Shown piece by piece: positions 47,601-56,181 of a stretch of DNA of 64,000 nucleotides (position 1 is its first letter; each line of letters begins with the position of its first letter). The position numbers and the translations under genes were made by a program. The notes under the pieces are model-generated. The model made no database searches. It saw only the letters and a list, made by a program, of their open reading frames with translations, and was not told where the DNA came from. Source of the stretch: an uncultured Bacteroidaceae bacterium (GTDB lineage: Bacteria; Bacteroidota; Bacteroidia; Bacteroidales; Bacteroidaceae); NCBI GenBank assembly GCA_905233285.1, contig CAJODY010000005.1, positions 1,246-65,245 on the forward strand, read 5' to 3'.

Positions 47601-49207
47601 TACCGTTCTTCATCGAAGGAGCAACGGCGAAGGACATCGACATCAGCACATTATACAATAATGACAGTCCGACGGCAACAGACCGCAAACTCGAAATCGG
47701 ATATACCGACAATCCTGCACTCGACGTATTCCGTGCCCTGCGTGCCGTTCAGATGCCTCAGCACGACAATGCCCCATGCTATGCCGCAGCACTTTATTCC
47801 AACATCGTCATGACAAGCATCTTCGACCAGCTGTCCAAAACATTGAGCGACACCCTTCTGCACAACTTCGACCGCGAGAAGGCACAGGCACTTGCCGACG
47901 AGGCAGCATCTAAGCTCCAGTCGCTCCAGCAGGAGAATGGTTCGTGGAGCTGGTTCAAAGGTATGGAAGGCAGTCCGTACATCACCCTTGCCGTAGCCGA
48001 ACACTTGAGCAGACTGCTCAAGAGTTCAAGGGTTCAAGAGTTTAAGAGTTCAATAGTCAATGAAATGCTTCACAACGCAATGTCATACCTCGACAAATAC
48101 ATGCAGGACGACTACACGAAGAGGAAAGAGAACAAATGGTCACTCATTCCTAATGAATTCGACCTGCGCTACATGGCAATCTGCGATGTAGCCGAGAACG
48201 AAATGCTCAAGACTTACGTCAGTCAGTTGGCAAAACAACAGAAGAACATGACCATCTTCGGCAAGGCAAAGGGAGCACTCATCCTGCAGAAATTCGGTAA
48301 GACGAAAGAAGCCCGTAAGTTCACCGAATCCGTAAAGCACTACCTCGTCTTCAAACCTGGTTTCGGACGTTACTTCGCCACCGACATCGCCTACTACTCA
48401 TGGCAGGACTACCGTCTTCCCACACATCTTGCAGCCATGCGTTGTATGACGAACGTCGATAAGGAGAAAAACGCCAACCTCCTGCCCGACATGCAGATGT
48501 GGCTTCTGCGTCAGAAGCAGACACAACTCTGGCGCAATCCGCTGAACGCCATCGACGCAGCCGACTACCTGCTCACCTACTCCAAAGAGGAAAGCCTGCG
48601 CCAGGCAGACACTCTCCAAGTCCGTTGGGGAGGCGAGACCTACAAAGTCTCCTCCACCCCAATCAACCCAATAACCCCAACAAGCCCATCCAGTCCATTA
48701 ACCATAGAGAAGCACTCTCCAGGTATCTCATGGGGATACATCCGAGGCACCTTCACCGAGGAAGCCGAACGACTGAAAAGCTACACCACGGGCGAACTCT
48801 CCATCGAGCAGAAGATATACGTAAAGCAGAGGGATACATGGGTCGAACTGACTGAGGACACACCACTCACCACAGGTATGATTGTCCGCATCCGCAACAT
48901 CGTACATGCAGACCGCGACATGGACTTCGTCTCCGTCACGACCAAGCATCCTGCATGTCTCGAACCCGTCAAAACCCTCTCAGGCTATACTTGGTTCGGC
49001 AGACGCGGCGGCTACCTCGAACTTCACGATACAGAGACCGACGTCTTCTTCGACTGGTTCACCCGTGGCACCACCACACTCGACCTCGAATACTACGTGA
49101 CACGTTCTGGTATCTACCACTCTGGCATCAGCACCGCTACATGCGAATACGCACCTGAATTCAGCAGCTACGCACGTGCGTTTGATGTAAGAGTCTATAA
49201 CCCTTAA
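44651..49207 (+). CDS. Alpha-2-macroglobulin family protein (MG-domain array), main body
   Basis: 1518 aa of repeated beta-sandwich MG-like segments. The helical TED-like region (LYSNIV...ENGSWSWFKG...) has the thioester position reading CYAA, not CxEQ. Confidence 0.8.
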   Translation: MLAVMLDFVSSNNRSMNAAERDSLHRAARRIYQMNGDRNSDTMLRLWELRYPSWGTDEEKQQYCRQLEALRDSTSDIDAGRLVSNQLDIAVNNVMAKEIDIRVEKNILADRDFKLEIKSRNATTAKLQVFQFNGKDAYNIKKADIGKELLQRNYILSDENKIKEGRSRYLAVKDSTFDSMQLPAGRYLFMATTDGDTAQTVVKITTLHHLIFHTPDGKTHIKVVDRISGMPQEGVAVLLYPDRNKDDHDTFTTDRKGEVVVASDKYRRMRATRTPDRLNTCEEDATASMIIDFYNYRNVEGEKVEGAIFTDRGVYRPGQTVHVSAMIYTMIGDDTKVRTQGKYILELTNPDGETVESVTLNPDKMGTMFHDFTLPKGKLGSWHLFLKSEESKRWNHISSSSINVEEYKRPTYLPEFRKDTTVYSPDDNIEVELDVRTLSGLPVQNANVSITIEAYRQALWFYTMSESKHVYIETETNDEGKARFDFCPSKHEEIKELIDEARANEKLRVLITAFVTDQAGESHYAKTTYLIPLKPVKKAEEPKKPEPLQVSKKEIKVGESVDITFNPEHKDAYVFYYVVANDKIIDSSEKIVNGTMRRTIRCTKDWGDGANIYIMYVKDGEILRYNKTVKVPKPDKELKLQWHTMRDHLTPGQEEQWTLSVKDKNGKAIAGANLLAAMYDAALDEFNTFDWSFQIPFVTNITSLPYRNTQPTRSFNLALRYIPDIKDIMPGSFDYLEHFQHEGGNLGRGMIRLRGVRPVLKEVMVSAKPMEAYEALDMAPLAANGKIAGLTIDNAEETKGGKVEEPGNVKPSIRENFNETAFFYPNLHTDAEGNAQICFTLPESLTEWKFLGFAHTEDVRYGLIQSTAVAQKDFMVQPQLPRFIRTNDDATIQARILNQSTRLISGTATMRLLSAKDENVTITTQNLPFNVEAGKSSTVTFSLSAGSLNDDVVCEIFATADGCSDGERNLLPVLQTRETITENIPFFIEGATAKDIDISTLYNNDSPTATDRKLEIGYTDNPALDVFRALRAVQMPQHDNAPCYAAALYSNIVMTSIFDQLSKTLSDTLLHNFDREKAQALADEAASKLQSLQQENGSWSWFKGMEGSPYITLAVAEHLSRLLKSSRVQEFKSSIVNEMLHNAMSYLDKYMQDDYTKRKENKWSLIPNEFDLRYMAICDVAENEMLKTYVSQLAKQQKNMTIFGKAKGALILQKFGKTKEARKFTESVKHYLVFKPGFGRYFATDIAYYSWQDYRLPTHLAAMRCMTNVDKEKNANLLPDMQMWLLRQKQTQLWRNPLNAIDAADYLLTYSKEESLRQADTLQVRWGGETYKVSSTPINPITPTSPSSPLTIEKHSPGISWGYIRGTFTEEAERLKSYTTGELSIEQKIYVKQRDTWVELTEDTPLTTGMIVRIRNIVHADRDMDFVSVTTKHPACLEPVKTLSGYTWFGRRGGYLELHDTETDVFFDWFTRGTTTLDLEYYVTRSGIYHSGISTATCEYAPEFSSYARAFDVRVYNP
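48020..48059 (+). repeat. 8-nt tandem repeat (AAGAGTTC-like, x5) inside the A2M coding sequence
   Basis: AAGAGTTC AAGGGTTC AAGAGTTT AAGAGTTC AATAGTCA, encoding ...KSSRVQEFKSSIVN... Confidence 0.85.
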
Positions 49208-49264
49208 ACTGTAAACCATAAACCGTAAACTGTAAACTGTAAACCGTAAACTGTAAACCATATG
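49202..49264 (+). repeat. 7-nt tandem array (C[CT]GTAAA family, about 9 units) running from the A2M stop to the coaX ATG
   Basis: CCTTAAA CTGTAAA CCATAAA CCGTAAA CTGTAAA CTGTAAA CCGTAAA CTGTAAA CCATATG. Confidence 0.9.
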
Positions 49265-49957
49265 CAGCTACTCATCGACATAGGGAACACCTCGGCAAAG
49301 ATAGCCATCGCCGACGGAAAAGAAATTATACATACAGAACACGTAACCGAACCATGGACAGACGCTATCAGACGTCTTCTCCTATCATACCCCTTGGAAC
49401 GCTGCATCATCTCGAACGTAGCTGCAGCCGACCCCACACTCGATGCAGCCCTCTCTGCCTGCGGCATCCCTACCCTATGGCTCTCCGACACCACGAACTG
49501 TGCCCTCCACGACATCCCCAAAGGTTACGGAGCCGATCGCATAGCAGCTGACCTCGGAGCCTACACCGAAGCAAAGGGGCGCACCATACTCGTCATCGAT
49601 GCCGGCACATGCATCACCTACGACCTTATCGACAAAGACGGGCGCATCCTGAGCGGAGTCATCTCCCCGGGCATAGGGCTGCGTCTGAAAGCCATGCACG
49701 AGCATACAGCCCTGCTTCCACTCCTCGAGCCCGACTTCGGCACCCCACTCATGGGCTACGACACCAAGACCCACATGATGTCCTCCGCCATCCACGGCAC
49801 CCGCTTCGAGATGGAAGGCTACATCCGCACCCTAGCAGCCCAATATCCCGACCTCATCGTATTCATCACAGGAGGCAACACCATCCGTCCCGACCTCCCC
49901 GATACCGAAATAATCTACGAACCCCAGCTCCTTTTCAAGGGATTAAGTACCATCTGA
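49262..49957 (+). CDS. coaX: Type III pantothenate kinase
   Basis: LLIDIGNTSAKIA, GADRIAA and VIDAGTCITYD. Length is 231 aa. Confidence 0.9.
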   Translation: MQLLIDIGNTSAKIAIADGKEIIHTEHVTEPWTDAIRRLLLSYPLERCIISNVAAADPTLDAALSACGIPTLWLSDTTNCALHDIPKGYGADRIAADLGAYTEAKGRTILVIDAGTCITYDLIDKDGRILSGVISPGIGLRLKAMHEHTALLPLLEPDFGTPLMGYDTKTHMMSSAIHGTRFEMEGYIRTLAAQYPDLIVFITGGNTIRPDLPDTEIIYEPQLLFKGLSTI

Positions 49958-50061
49958 AAACATCAGACTTATTGATCTGCATTTTATCAAATAATTCACA
50001 TGGTTTGGTCTTTCTTTTATTAAAAAAATCCAGATTTTTGCTCTGTATAAATGATTTTTCA

Positions 50062-50069
50062 TATCTTTG
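50062..50069 (+). promoter_or_regulatory. Candidate -7 box (TATCTTTG)
   Basis: Matches TAnnTTTG, 24 nt upstream of the ATG at 50094. Confidence 0.45.
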
Positions 50070-50093
50070 TGCTCGATTAAGCACATTTATACT

Positions 50094-51434
50094 ATGGCAT
50101 ATTACAAAAGGAATATCGACCGTCAACTTGAGCTTTGGCACACGTCCACTAATCACAAGCCGCTGTTGATACGAGGTGCACGACAGGTTGGTAAATCTAC
50201 TGCTGTCAGGCAACTTGGTAAGTCGTTCACACATTTTTTGGAGATAAATTTGGAGAAGAGACCGGAGCTCCATCAGTTCTTTCCTGACAATATCAACGTA
50301 AAAAAAACCTGTCAGATGTTGAGCATCACGACAGGTGTACCTATTGTACCTGGCAAAACGCTTCTCTTTATCGATGAGATTCAATCTTGTCAGAATGCAA
50401 TCCGTTCGCTTCGCTATTTCCACGAGGATTTTCCTGAATTGCATGTCATAGCGGCTGGTTCGCTGCTGGAGTTTGCGCTCGAAGAGCTTCCCTCTTTTGC
50501 CGTTGGGCGCATCCGCTCTTTTTACTTGTATCCATTCTCTTTTGACGATTTTCTCTCTGCCCAAGGACTGGATGCACTTATACAATTCAAGAAAGACTCA
50601 GTGACTAATGGAACACCATTGCCAGAACCTATTCATAAGCAATTTGTGGAGCAACTGCGTACATTCTATCTCGTGGGCGGTATGCCTGAAGCCGTCAGCA
50701 CGTGGATTTCCTCGCAAAGTTTTTGGGATTGCAAACATGTACATAGCGATATACTTGACACTTATCAGCAAGATTTCTCTAAATACAAGAAACGCGTCTC
50801 ACCAGATTTGCTCCGACAGGTACTGCGTTCTGTAGCCCTTCAGGCTGGCACCAAGTTTGTCTTTGCTGGAGCCAGTCGAGAAGTTCCCGCTGCATCTGTC
50901 AAGGAATGTCTCAGGTTGTTGACGCTTGCAGGTCTCATCACTCCTGTCAAACATACTGCAGCCAATGGTGTCCCATTGGGTGCAGAGGAAAACGAGAAAT
51001 ATATTAAATATCTATTTCTAGATCTCGGACTGATGCAAACACTTCTTGGGTTACCTGCTGAAGATCTCCTACTGGCATCCGAAGTGGATTTTGTCAACAA
51101 AGGAGTCGCATCTGAAATGTTTGTCGGACTGGAACTTCTCAAGGCTTTCGACTGTTTTGCCAAGGCCGAAATGTTCTATTGGCAGAATACGGATAAGGGA
51201 ACGCAAAGTGAGATAGACTACCTTACTGTCATCGGTGGAAAGATTATTCCAATTGAGGTCAAAGCCAATACACAGGGGAAAATGCAAAGCTTATATCTTT
51301 TCATGGAGAAGCATGGAGCTGCATACGGCATCCGTACCTCGCTTGAGAACATCTCTTCCTACACCCATAATAACCATCTGATTATAGTCGTCCCAATTTA
51401 CGCGCTATCACATTGCGTTGCCAAATCACTCTGA
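50094..51434 (+). CDS. AAA-family ATPase with a DUF4143-type C-terminal domain (AAA_14/DUF4143 architecture)
   Basis: Walker A GARQVGKST and Walker B LLFIDEIQ. The C-terminal EIDYL...IPIEVK is restriction-endonuclease-like and typical of DUF4143. Confidence 0.75.
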   Translation: MAYYKRNIDRQLELWHTSTNHKPLLIRGARQVGKSTAVRQLGKSFTHFLEINLEKRPELHQFFPDNINVKKTCQMLSITTGVPIVPGKTLLFIDEIQSCQNAIRSLRYFHEDFPELHVIAAGSLLEFALEELPSFAVGRIRSFYLYPFSFDDFLSAQGLDALIQFKKDSVTNGTPLPEPIHKQFVEQLRTFYLVGGMPEAVSTWISSQSFWDCKHVHSDILDTYQQDFSKYKKRVSPDLLRQVLRSVALQAGTKFVFAGASREVPAASVKECLRLLTLAGLITPVKHTAANGVPLGAEENEKYIKYLFLDLGLMQTLLGLPAEDLLLASEVDFVNKGVASEMFVGLELLKAFDCFAKAEMFYWQNTDKGTQSEIDYLTVIGGKIIPIEVKANTQGKMQSLYLFMEKHGAAYGIRTSLENISSYTHNNHLIIVVPIYALSHCVAKSL

Positions 51435-51583
51435 TGTACCTCTTGCTCTTTCTGGTATCATTTTCTATCCCTAAGCAAGGATGAGCCAAAAGACTTTATA
51501 ATCACGTATAGCAACAATTATTCATTCAGTGATGTAAGCTCAAAATTGCGCCCACATAACCTATACTAAAAAAGGTGATGAAA

Positions 51584-51608
51584 CTAAAGAACTTTGGGAC
51601 TAAAGAAC
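51584..51608. repeat. Two copies of CTAAAGAACTTT, the reverse complement of the word repeated at 9-56
   Basis: CTAAAGAAC occurs at 51584-51592 and 51600-51608. Confidence 0.8.
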
Positions 51609-51661
51609 TTTTGCGAATTGTTAAAATTCTGACATTTCATATATAAGTGCTAAATAATTCG

Positions 51662-51669
51662 TAATTTTG
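51662..51669 (+). promoter_or_regulatory. Candidate -7 box (TAATTTTG)
   Basis: Matches TAnnTTTG, 42 nt upstream of the ATG at 51712. Confidence 0.45.
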
Positions 51670-51711
51670 TAACCAGTTAACGGCAGATTAATAAAATTGT
51701 AAATATATAAG

Positions 51712-52908
51712 ATGGAAATAGCAAAGAATATCAAGTATATCGGAGTGGATGATACCGATATTGACCTTTTCGAGGGACAGTATGATGTGCCGGAGGGTGT
51801 TTCGTACAACTCGTATCTGATTGACGACGAGAAGATTGCCGTGATGGATACTGTGGATGCACGAAAGACTGAAGAATGGGTGAAGAATCTGGAGGAGGCT
51901 CTGGCAGGACGTACTCCCGATTATCTCATCATTCATCACATGGAGCCTGACCACGCAAGCAACGTACGCATGCTGATGGAGAAGTACCCGAACTGCGTGG
52001 GTGTTTGCACGCAAAAGGCTGCCGTGATGGTGAAGCGTTTCTTCGATGTCGATTTCGCAGGCCGTCTGCAAATCGTGAAGGAGGGCGATACGCTGGAGTT
52101 GGGTGCACACACTCTAAAGTTTATCATGGCTCCGATGATTCACTGGCCCGAGGTGATGATGAGCTACGAATCGACAGAGGGTATCCTGTTCGCAGCCGAC
52201 GGTTTCGGAAAGTTCGGTGCCCTGCGTCACCCGAACACAGAGGGTATGGCTGCCGACAAACTGCACGCCACTGTGGACGGATGGGCTTGCGAGGCTCGCC
52301 GCTATTACTTCAATATCGTAGGTAAGTACGGCGCGATGGTTCAGACTCTGCTGAAGAAAGCTGCAGGACTCGACATCAAGGTTATCGCTCCGCTGCACGG
52401 TCCAGTTATCGACAAAGACCTCAACTACTACCTGAACATCTATAACACATGGTCGAGCTATAAGCCTGAGAACGAGGGTATCTTTATTGCATACTGTTCG
52501 CTGCACGGAAACACAAGTGAGGCTGCGCTGAAGTTGGCTGAAATCCTGAAGGAGAAAGGCGCACCCAAGGTGAGCACATCAGACCTGAGCCGCGACGATA
52601 TGGCAGAGGCTGTAGAGGATGCATTCCGCTATGACCGTCTGGTGGTGGCTGCACCGACATACGACGGAGGTGTGATGCCTGTGATGCAGGACTTCATTCA
52701 TCACCTCAGCATCAAGGCTTACCAGAACCGCAAGGTGGCAATCGTCGAGAACGGTTCGTGGGCACCGGCTGCAGGCAAGAAGATGCGCGAGGCGTTCGAA
52801 CAGATGAAGGACATCACCATCGTAGAACCTATGGTCAGCATAGAATCGACGGTGAAGGCAAAGACCATCAGCGACCTCACTACTTTGGCAGAGGCTTTGT
52901 TAAATTGA
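51712..52908 (+). CDS. Flavodiiron protein (FprA-type: metallo-beta-lactamase-like domain plus flavodoxin domain)
   Basis: Diiron motif HHMEPDH. The C-terminal flavodoxin-like region reads IFIAYCSLHGNTSEAA...VAAPTYDGG. Confidence 0.85.
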   Translation: MEIAKNIKYIGVDDTDIDLFEGQYDVPEGVSYNSYLIDDEKIAVMDTVDARKTEEWVKNLEEALAGRTPDYLIIHHMEPDHASNVRMLMEKYPNCVGVCTQKAAVMVKRFFDVDFAGRLQIVKEGDTLELGAHTLKFIMAPMIHWPEVMMSYESTEGILFAADGFGKFGALRHPNTEGMAADKLHATVDGWACEARRYYFNIVGKYGAMVQTLLKKAAGLDIKVIAPLHGPVIDKDLNYYLNIYNTWSSYKPENEGIFIAYCSLHGNTSEAALKLAEILKEKGAPKVSTSDLSRDDMAEAVEDAFRYDRLVVAAPTYDGGVMPVMQDFIHHLSIKAYQNRKVAIVENGSWAPAAGKKMREAFEQMKDITIVEPMVSIESTVKAKTISDLTTLAEALLN

Positions 52909-52935
52909 ACATTGGGCACTGACCATTAAATATAT

Positions 52936-52964
52936 GAGAACGATATATATCGTTCTCTTTTTTA
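52936..52964. terminator. Intrinsic terminator (perfect 22-nt palindrome GAGAACGATATATATCGTTCTC plus T7) between convergent genes
   Basis: Read directly from the sequence. The T-run overlaps the stop of the - strand gene. Confidence 0.7.
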
Positions 52965-55190
52965 TTGCATCGGTTTCAGTCCTTCCCAACGGACGTTCCA
53001 ACGACCATCGCTGGGAAATCCGGGATTCATGACTGCTGGTGCACCATCCCACCCTGCACACATCATGGCAATGGCTGTAAGCAAGGCTCCGTTGCCAGGC
53101 AGATAGAGACGCAGACGGTCGGCTGTCTGGAAGTTATGACCGGAAGGCAAGTAGCGGTTCTTGGTGAAATCGGAAAGTAAAATATCGACTGCTTTCTCAG
53201 GTTGTCCAAGTCGTGCTGCTGCCATTGCCACCATGCCATAGTCCCATCCCCACGTCGTTTCCCATCGCCAGTTGTCCAGCACCCACTGCAGGGTTTTCTC
53301 CATTACCAAGGGCGAATAAACGGTATCTGCCATACTGGAAGGCAACAAGCCACAGGCTCCAAGTACGGCAGGATGGTCGCTACGACTTTTGATTGACCAT
53401 TGACTTTCCCCCTCCGATTCTCCAAGGGGAGAGGATAATGGTTCGCCGGCTGTATAAATGCCATCGGACTGAGGCAGAGGGCTGAGATTACTTATGATTG
53501 TGTTCCACTCTACACAACGCTGCAGACCCTGACGCAGACGCCATTGCTGTGCGGTAAGGAGTCCGTAACGCCAGTATGCCAGTTCGAAAGGATGGTTATA
53601 GGAAAAATCCTTCGACATGGACTCCTGCATGGCAGTAACTCCGCGCAACTGGAATTGTCCAGTGATGCTATCGCGACAGACGAAGTCTGCCATCCATTCT
53701 GCCGTTTCCTCAACCAACTTGCTGTATTGGTTCAGGGTTTCTACTGTAGGATTGGCACGATAAAGCTGTTCTGCCATATAAATGACGTGGGGCTGTTGCC
53801 AGATGAGGAACGAACCGACATTGGAAGGAGCTTCACCTGCCCAAGGGTCGGTCATCTTCATCCAACGGACTCCCCGGTAGCCCTGACGACGGGCTATCTC
53901 CTCTGCCTTAGAATAGGCTATATCGGAGTACCATGGCATCAGGTGTTCAAGAATTTCAGGACGACCCCACAGGGCGAAATGTACGGCGTGCCACCATGTC
54001 ATCTCGAGATGGGGACGACCGAACCAAGAGTTATACGTGAGTCCTGTCTCCTGTGGTGGAGTGTCGTTAGCACAGTTGATGAGGGTGAGGTATTGTGAAA
54101 GGACTACACGGCGCTCTAGTTCGGATGCTCTAGGGTCGGTACATTGCGAAAAATCAACGAAGGCACCCTTCTGCCAATTGCTGTTCCAATGGTGGTGTAC
54201 AGCCTTGAGAGCATCGGAGAATGAGAATGTGCTCTCTGTATTCTCTGAAGGCAAGTCCTGACAGTAGTAAGCTTCGAAACTGAGTTTGCCGGAACGTGAG
54301 TATAGCTTAAAATGGTGAGGCTCCACTTCGGTAAGCGCTGCATTGCCTTCCCATCGAAGGCTGAGGTAGTAGATGGTGGAATCGAGTGTACGCTGGATTA
54401 GTGCCGAATGTTCAGTCTGTCTTATCAGTCGGGAGGTATGGCGTTCCGGTTTTGCCCAGTCGTTGGCATCGTCGGCATGACGTCCTGTAGGATAGGAAAA
54501 GCGCAGACTGACCGCAAGATGTCCGTCACGGAGCAATGGCGATTTGATTTGATATATGACGGCGTCTCTGTCTGGCATGCAGGCAGTAAGAACATCGACA
54601 GGTTTGCCTTCCGTGACAAAATGGGAACTGAGGAGTCCGTCGTAGAGTTGCAATTCCTGACGAATATCGGATAATGGACATTGACCATTGGATATGGAAA
54701 GTCCTATGGTACCCAAGTTGAGACGATGAGGATTGACACGAAAATAAGAAGTTGCTGCCTGCTGTCTGCCTCCCTGCTTGTACTCCACGGCATAGACCTC
54801 ATCGTGACTGCGATGGGGAAAGCGGATACTACGTTGCGTCTCCTCCTCACGAAGATTGTCAACATTCGGAAAACGGTGCCATCCCCAGTCGCTCATGGCG
54901 CATAGGGGTACTCCATTAGCATAATGTTCGGGGAACGTCTGCATTCCGGTAGCATCGACGGTGACAGCAAAATGACCGTTTCCAACAGAAAGGGACGAAA
55001 GGGTGTCGAGGGAGGTAATCAGGGGATTGTGACAACTGAGAACAGCTTTTCTGTTTATAGGAACCCGTTCTTGCTGAATTGTAGCAGAGGAGACCGCATC
55101 GACATCGTCGGCCACAACAGTAGCTGCGAACAACAGGAATATTATAAATATGGAGAATCGGAACATATTAACCAGTAAGCCGTTGAACAT
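52962..55190 (-). CDS. Secreted putative glycoside hydrolase (six-hairpin/GH65-GH95-like architecture), family uncertain
   Basis: Signal peptide. The N-terminal LSVGNGHFAVTVDATG resembles the 'GNG' motif of GH65/GH95 N-domains. The Trp-rich C-terminal half is consistent with an (alpha/alpha)6 barrel. An alternative start exists at ATG 55166. Confidence 0.4.
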   Translation of the reverse strand: MFNGLLVNMFRFSIFIIFLLFAATVVADDVDAVSSATIQQERVPINRKAVLSCHNPLITSLDTLSSLSVGNGHFAVTVDATGMQTFPEHYANGVPLCAMSDWGWHRFPNVDNLREEETQRSIRFPHRSHDEVYAVEYKQGGRQQAATSYFRVNPHRLNLGTIGLSISNGQCPLSDIRQELQLYDGLLSSHFVTEGKPVDVLTACMPDRDAVIYQIKSPLLRDGHLAVSLRFSYPTGRHADDANDWAKPERHTSRLIRQTEHSALIQRTLDSTIYYLSLRWEGNAALTEVEPHHFKLYSRSGKLSFEAYYCQDLPSENTESTFSFSDALKAVHHHWNSNWQKGAFVDFSQCTDPRASELERRVVLSQYLTLINCANDTPPQETGLTYNSWFGRPHLEMTWWHAVHFALWGRPEILEHLMPWYSDIAYSKAEEIARRQGYRGVRWMKMTDPWAGEAPSNVGSFLIWQQPHVIYMAEQLYRANPTVETLNQYSKLVEETAEWMADFVCRDSITGQFQLRGVTAMQESMSKDFSYNHPFELAYWRYGLLTAQQWRLRQGLQRCVEWNTIISNLSPLPQSDGIYTAGEPLSSPLGESEGESQWSIKSRSDHPAVLGACGLLPSSMADTVYSPLVMEKTLQWVLDNWRWETTWGWDYGMVAMAAARLGQPEKAVDILLSDFTKNRYLPSGHNFQTADRLRLYLPGNGALLTAIAMMCAGWDGAPAVMNPGFPSDGRWNVRWEGLKPMQ

Positions 55191-55217
55191 TATTACGGTA
55201 AACAGTAAAACAGTAAA

Positions 55218-56180
55218 CTATAATCTAAGTTTCAGCCCACTTAATAAAGTATCGAACTTCAAGTGCTGCATGGCATACATCTCACCCCCCATGGAGAATC
55301 CGCAACGGTCGCACACCCCATGGGTATAACCCATGCACTTGGGCGAACGGCTGCCATCGGAAAATATGAAGTTGGTAATCCAGCAGTAGCGGTCGCTGCA
55401 CTTCACCCTACCCTTCTCCATACGCATGGCACGAATACCCGAACTGCTGTTCATGATGGGATAACCCCTACGCTTGTAGTCGAGAAGGAGGTCTATGATA
55501 CCGTTGCGAAGCTGAGGGTCGAGAAAGAGTTCTTCGGTCTCGGGAAAAGGTGTATGGAAATTGACGGATATCTGGTCGATATTAGGATTGCTGCGCACAT
55601 ATTCAAGGGTATCGGCAACACTCTCATAGTTCAGACGACCAATAACCATATTCACACAAATTGGAGCACGACGCCCACCGTTCTCCTTCTCAGACCATTC
55701 CACATAGTCGGCAATGTTGCGTTCCAGACGTTGGAAGGTACCTTTGCCACGAACAGAATCGTGCCACTCGTTTATGCCATCCATCGACACCCACACCTGG
55801 TCGGCATGAGTACCACGAAACGGCAGCTGGGCATTAGTAGTGATGGTTACATTCCAAAATCCTATCTTATGTGCAAGGTCGATGACATCGTTGATGTCGT
55901 AGGTGCGTCCTTCCTCATCTTTGTCACGCCAAAGGTAGAGTTCGCCACCCTCGAAATCGACAAATCGGGAACCTTGCCCGTAACAGTATTCTAGTTCGCT
56001 GCGTATCTGACTGAGAGTCTTTATGCGTGGGGTACTGATAGCATAAACGGAGCAGTGGCGACAACGCAGGTTACACTTGTCGAGCAGGAAGATGACGGAC
56101 TGCAGCGGACGACGCCGTCCACAAAAAGCACGCAACTGCCAGCATGCCAAATAACAAAGTCTTTGAATTTGGGTCAGCAT
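55218..56180 (-). CDS. Radical SAM enzyme with a Cys-rich C-terminal extension (HpnH/DUF3463-like or SPASM-like)
   Basis: CNLRCRHC (CxxxCxxC), FEGGELYL, ITTNAQL and the C-terminal CSDRYCW...KCMGYTHGVCDRCGF. Confidence 0.8.
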   Translation of the reverse strand: MLTQIQRLCYLACWQLRAFCGRRRPLQSVIFLLDKCNLRCRHCSVYAISTPRIKTLSQIRSELEYCYGQGSRFVDFEGGELYLWRDKDEEGRTYDINDVIDLAHKIGFWNVTITTNAQLPFRGTHADQVWVSMDGINEWHDSVRGKGTFQRLERNIADYVEWSEKENGGRRAPICVNMVIGRLNYESVADTLEYVRSNPNIDQISVNFHTPFPETEELFLDPQLRNGIIDLLLDYKRRGYPIMNSSSGIRAMRMEKGRVKCSDRYCWITNFIFSDGSRSPKCMGYTHGVCDRCGFSMGGEMYAMQHLKFDTLLSGLKLRL

Positions 56181-56181
56181 A

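Noticed and set aside
49935-50585. 216-aa ORF antisense to the AAA/DUF4143 gene
   Set aside because: It is a shadow ORF. The + strand gene has Walker A/B motifs and its own -7 box.
55263-55994. 243-aa ORF antisense to the radical SAM gene
   Set aside because: It is a shadow ORF. The CxxxCxxC motif and the tight operon spacing support the minus-strand frame.
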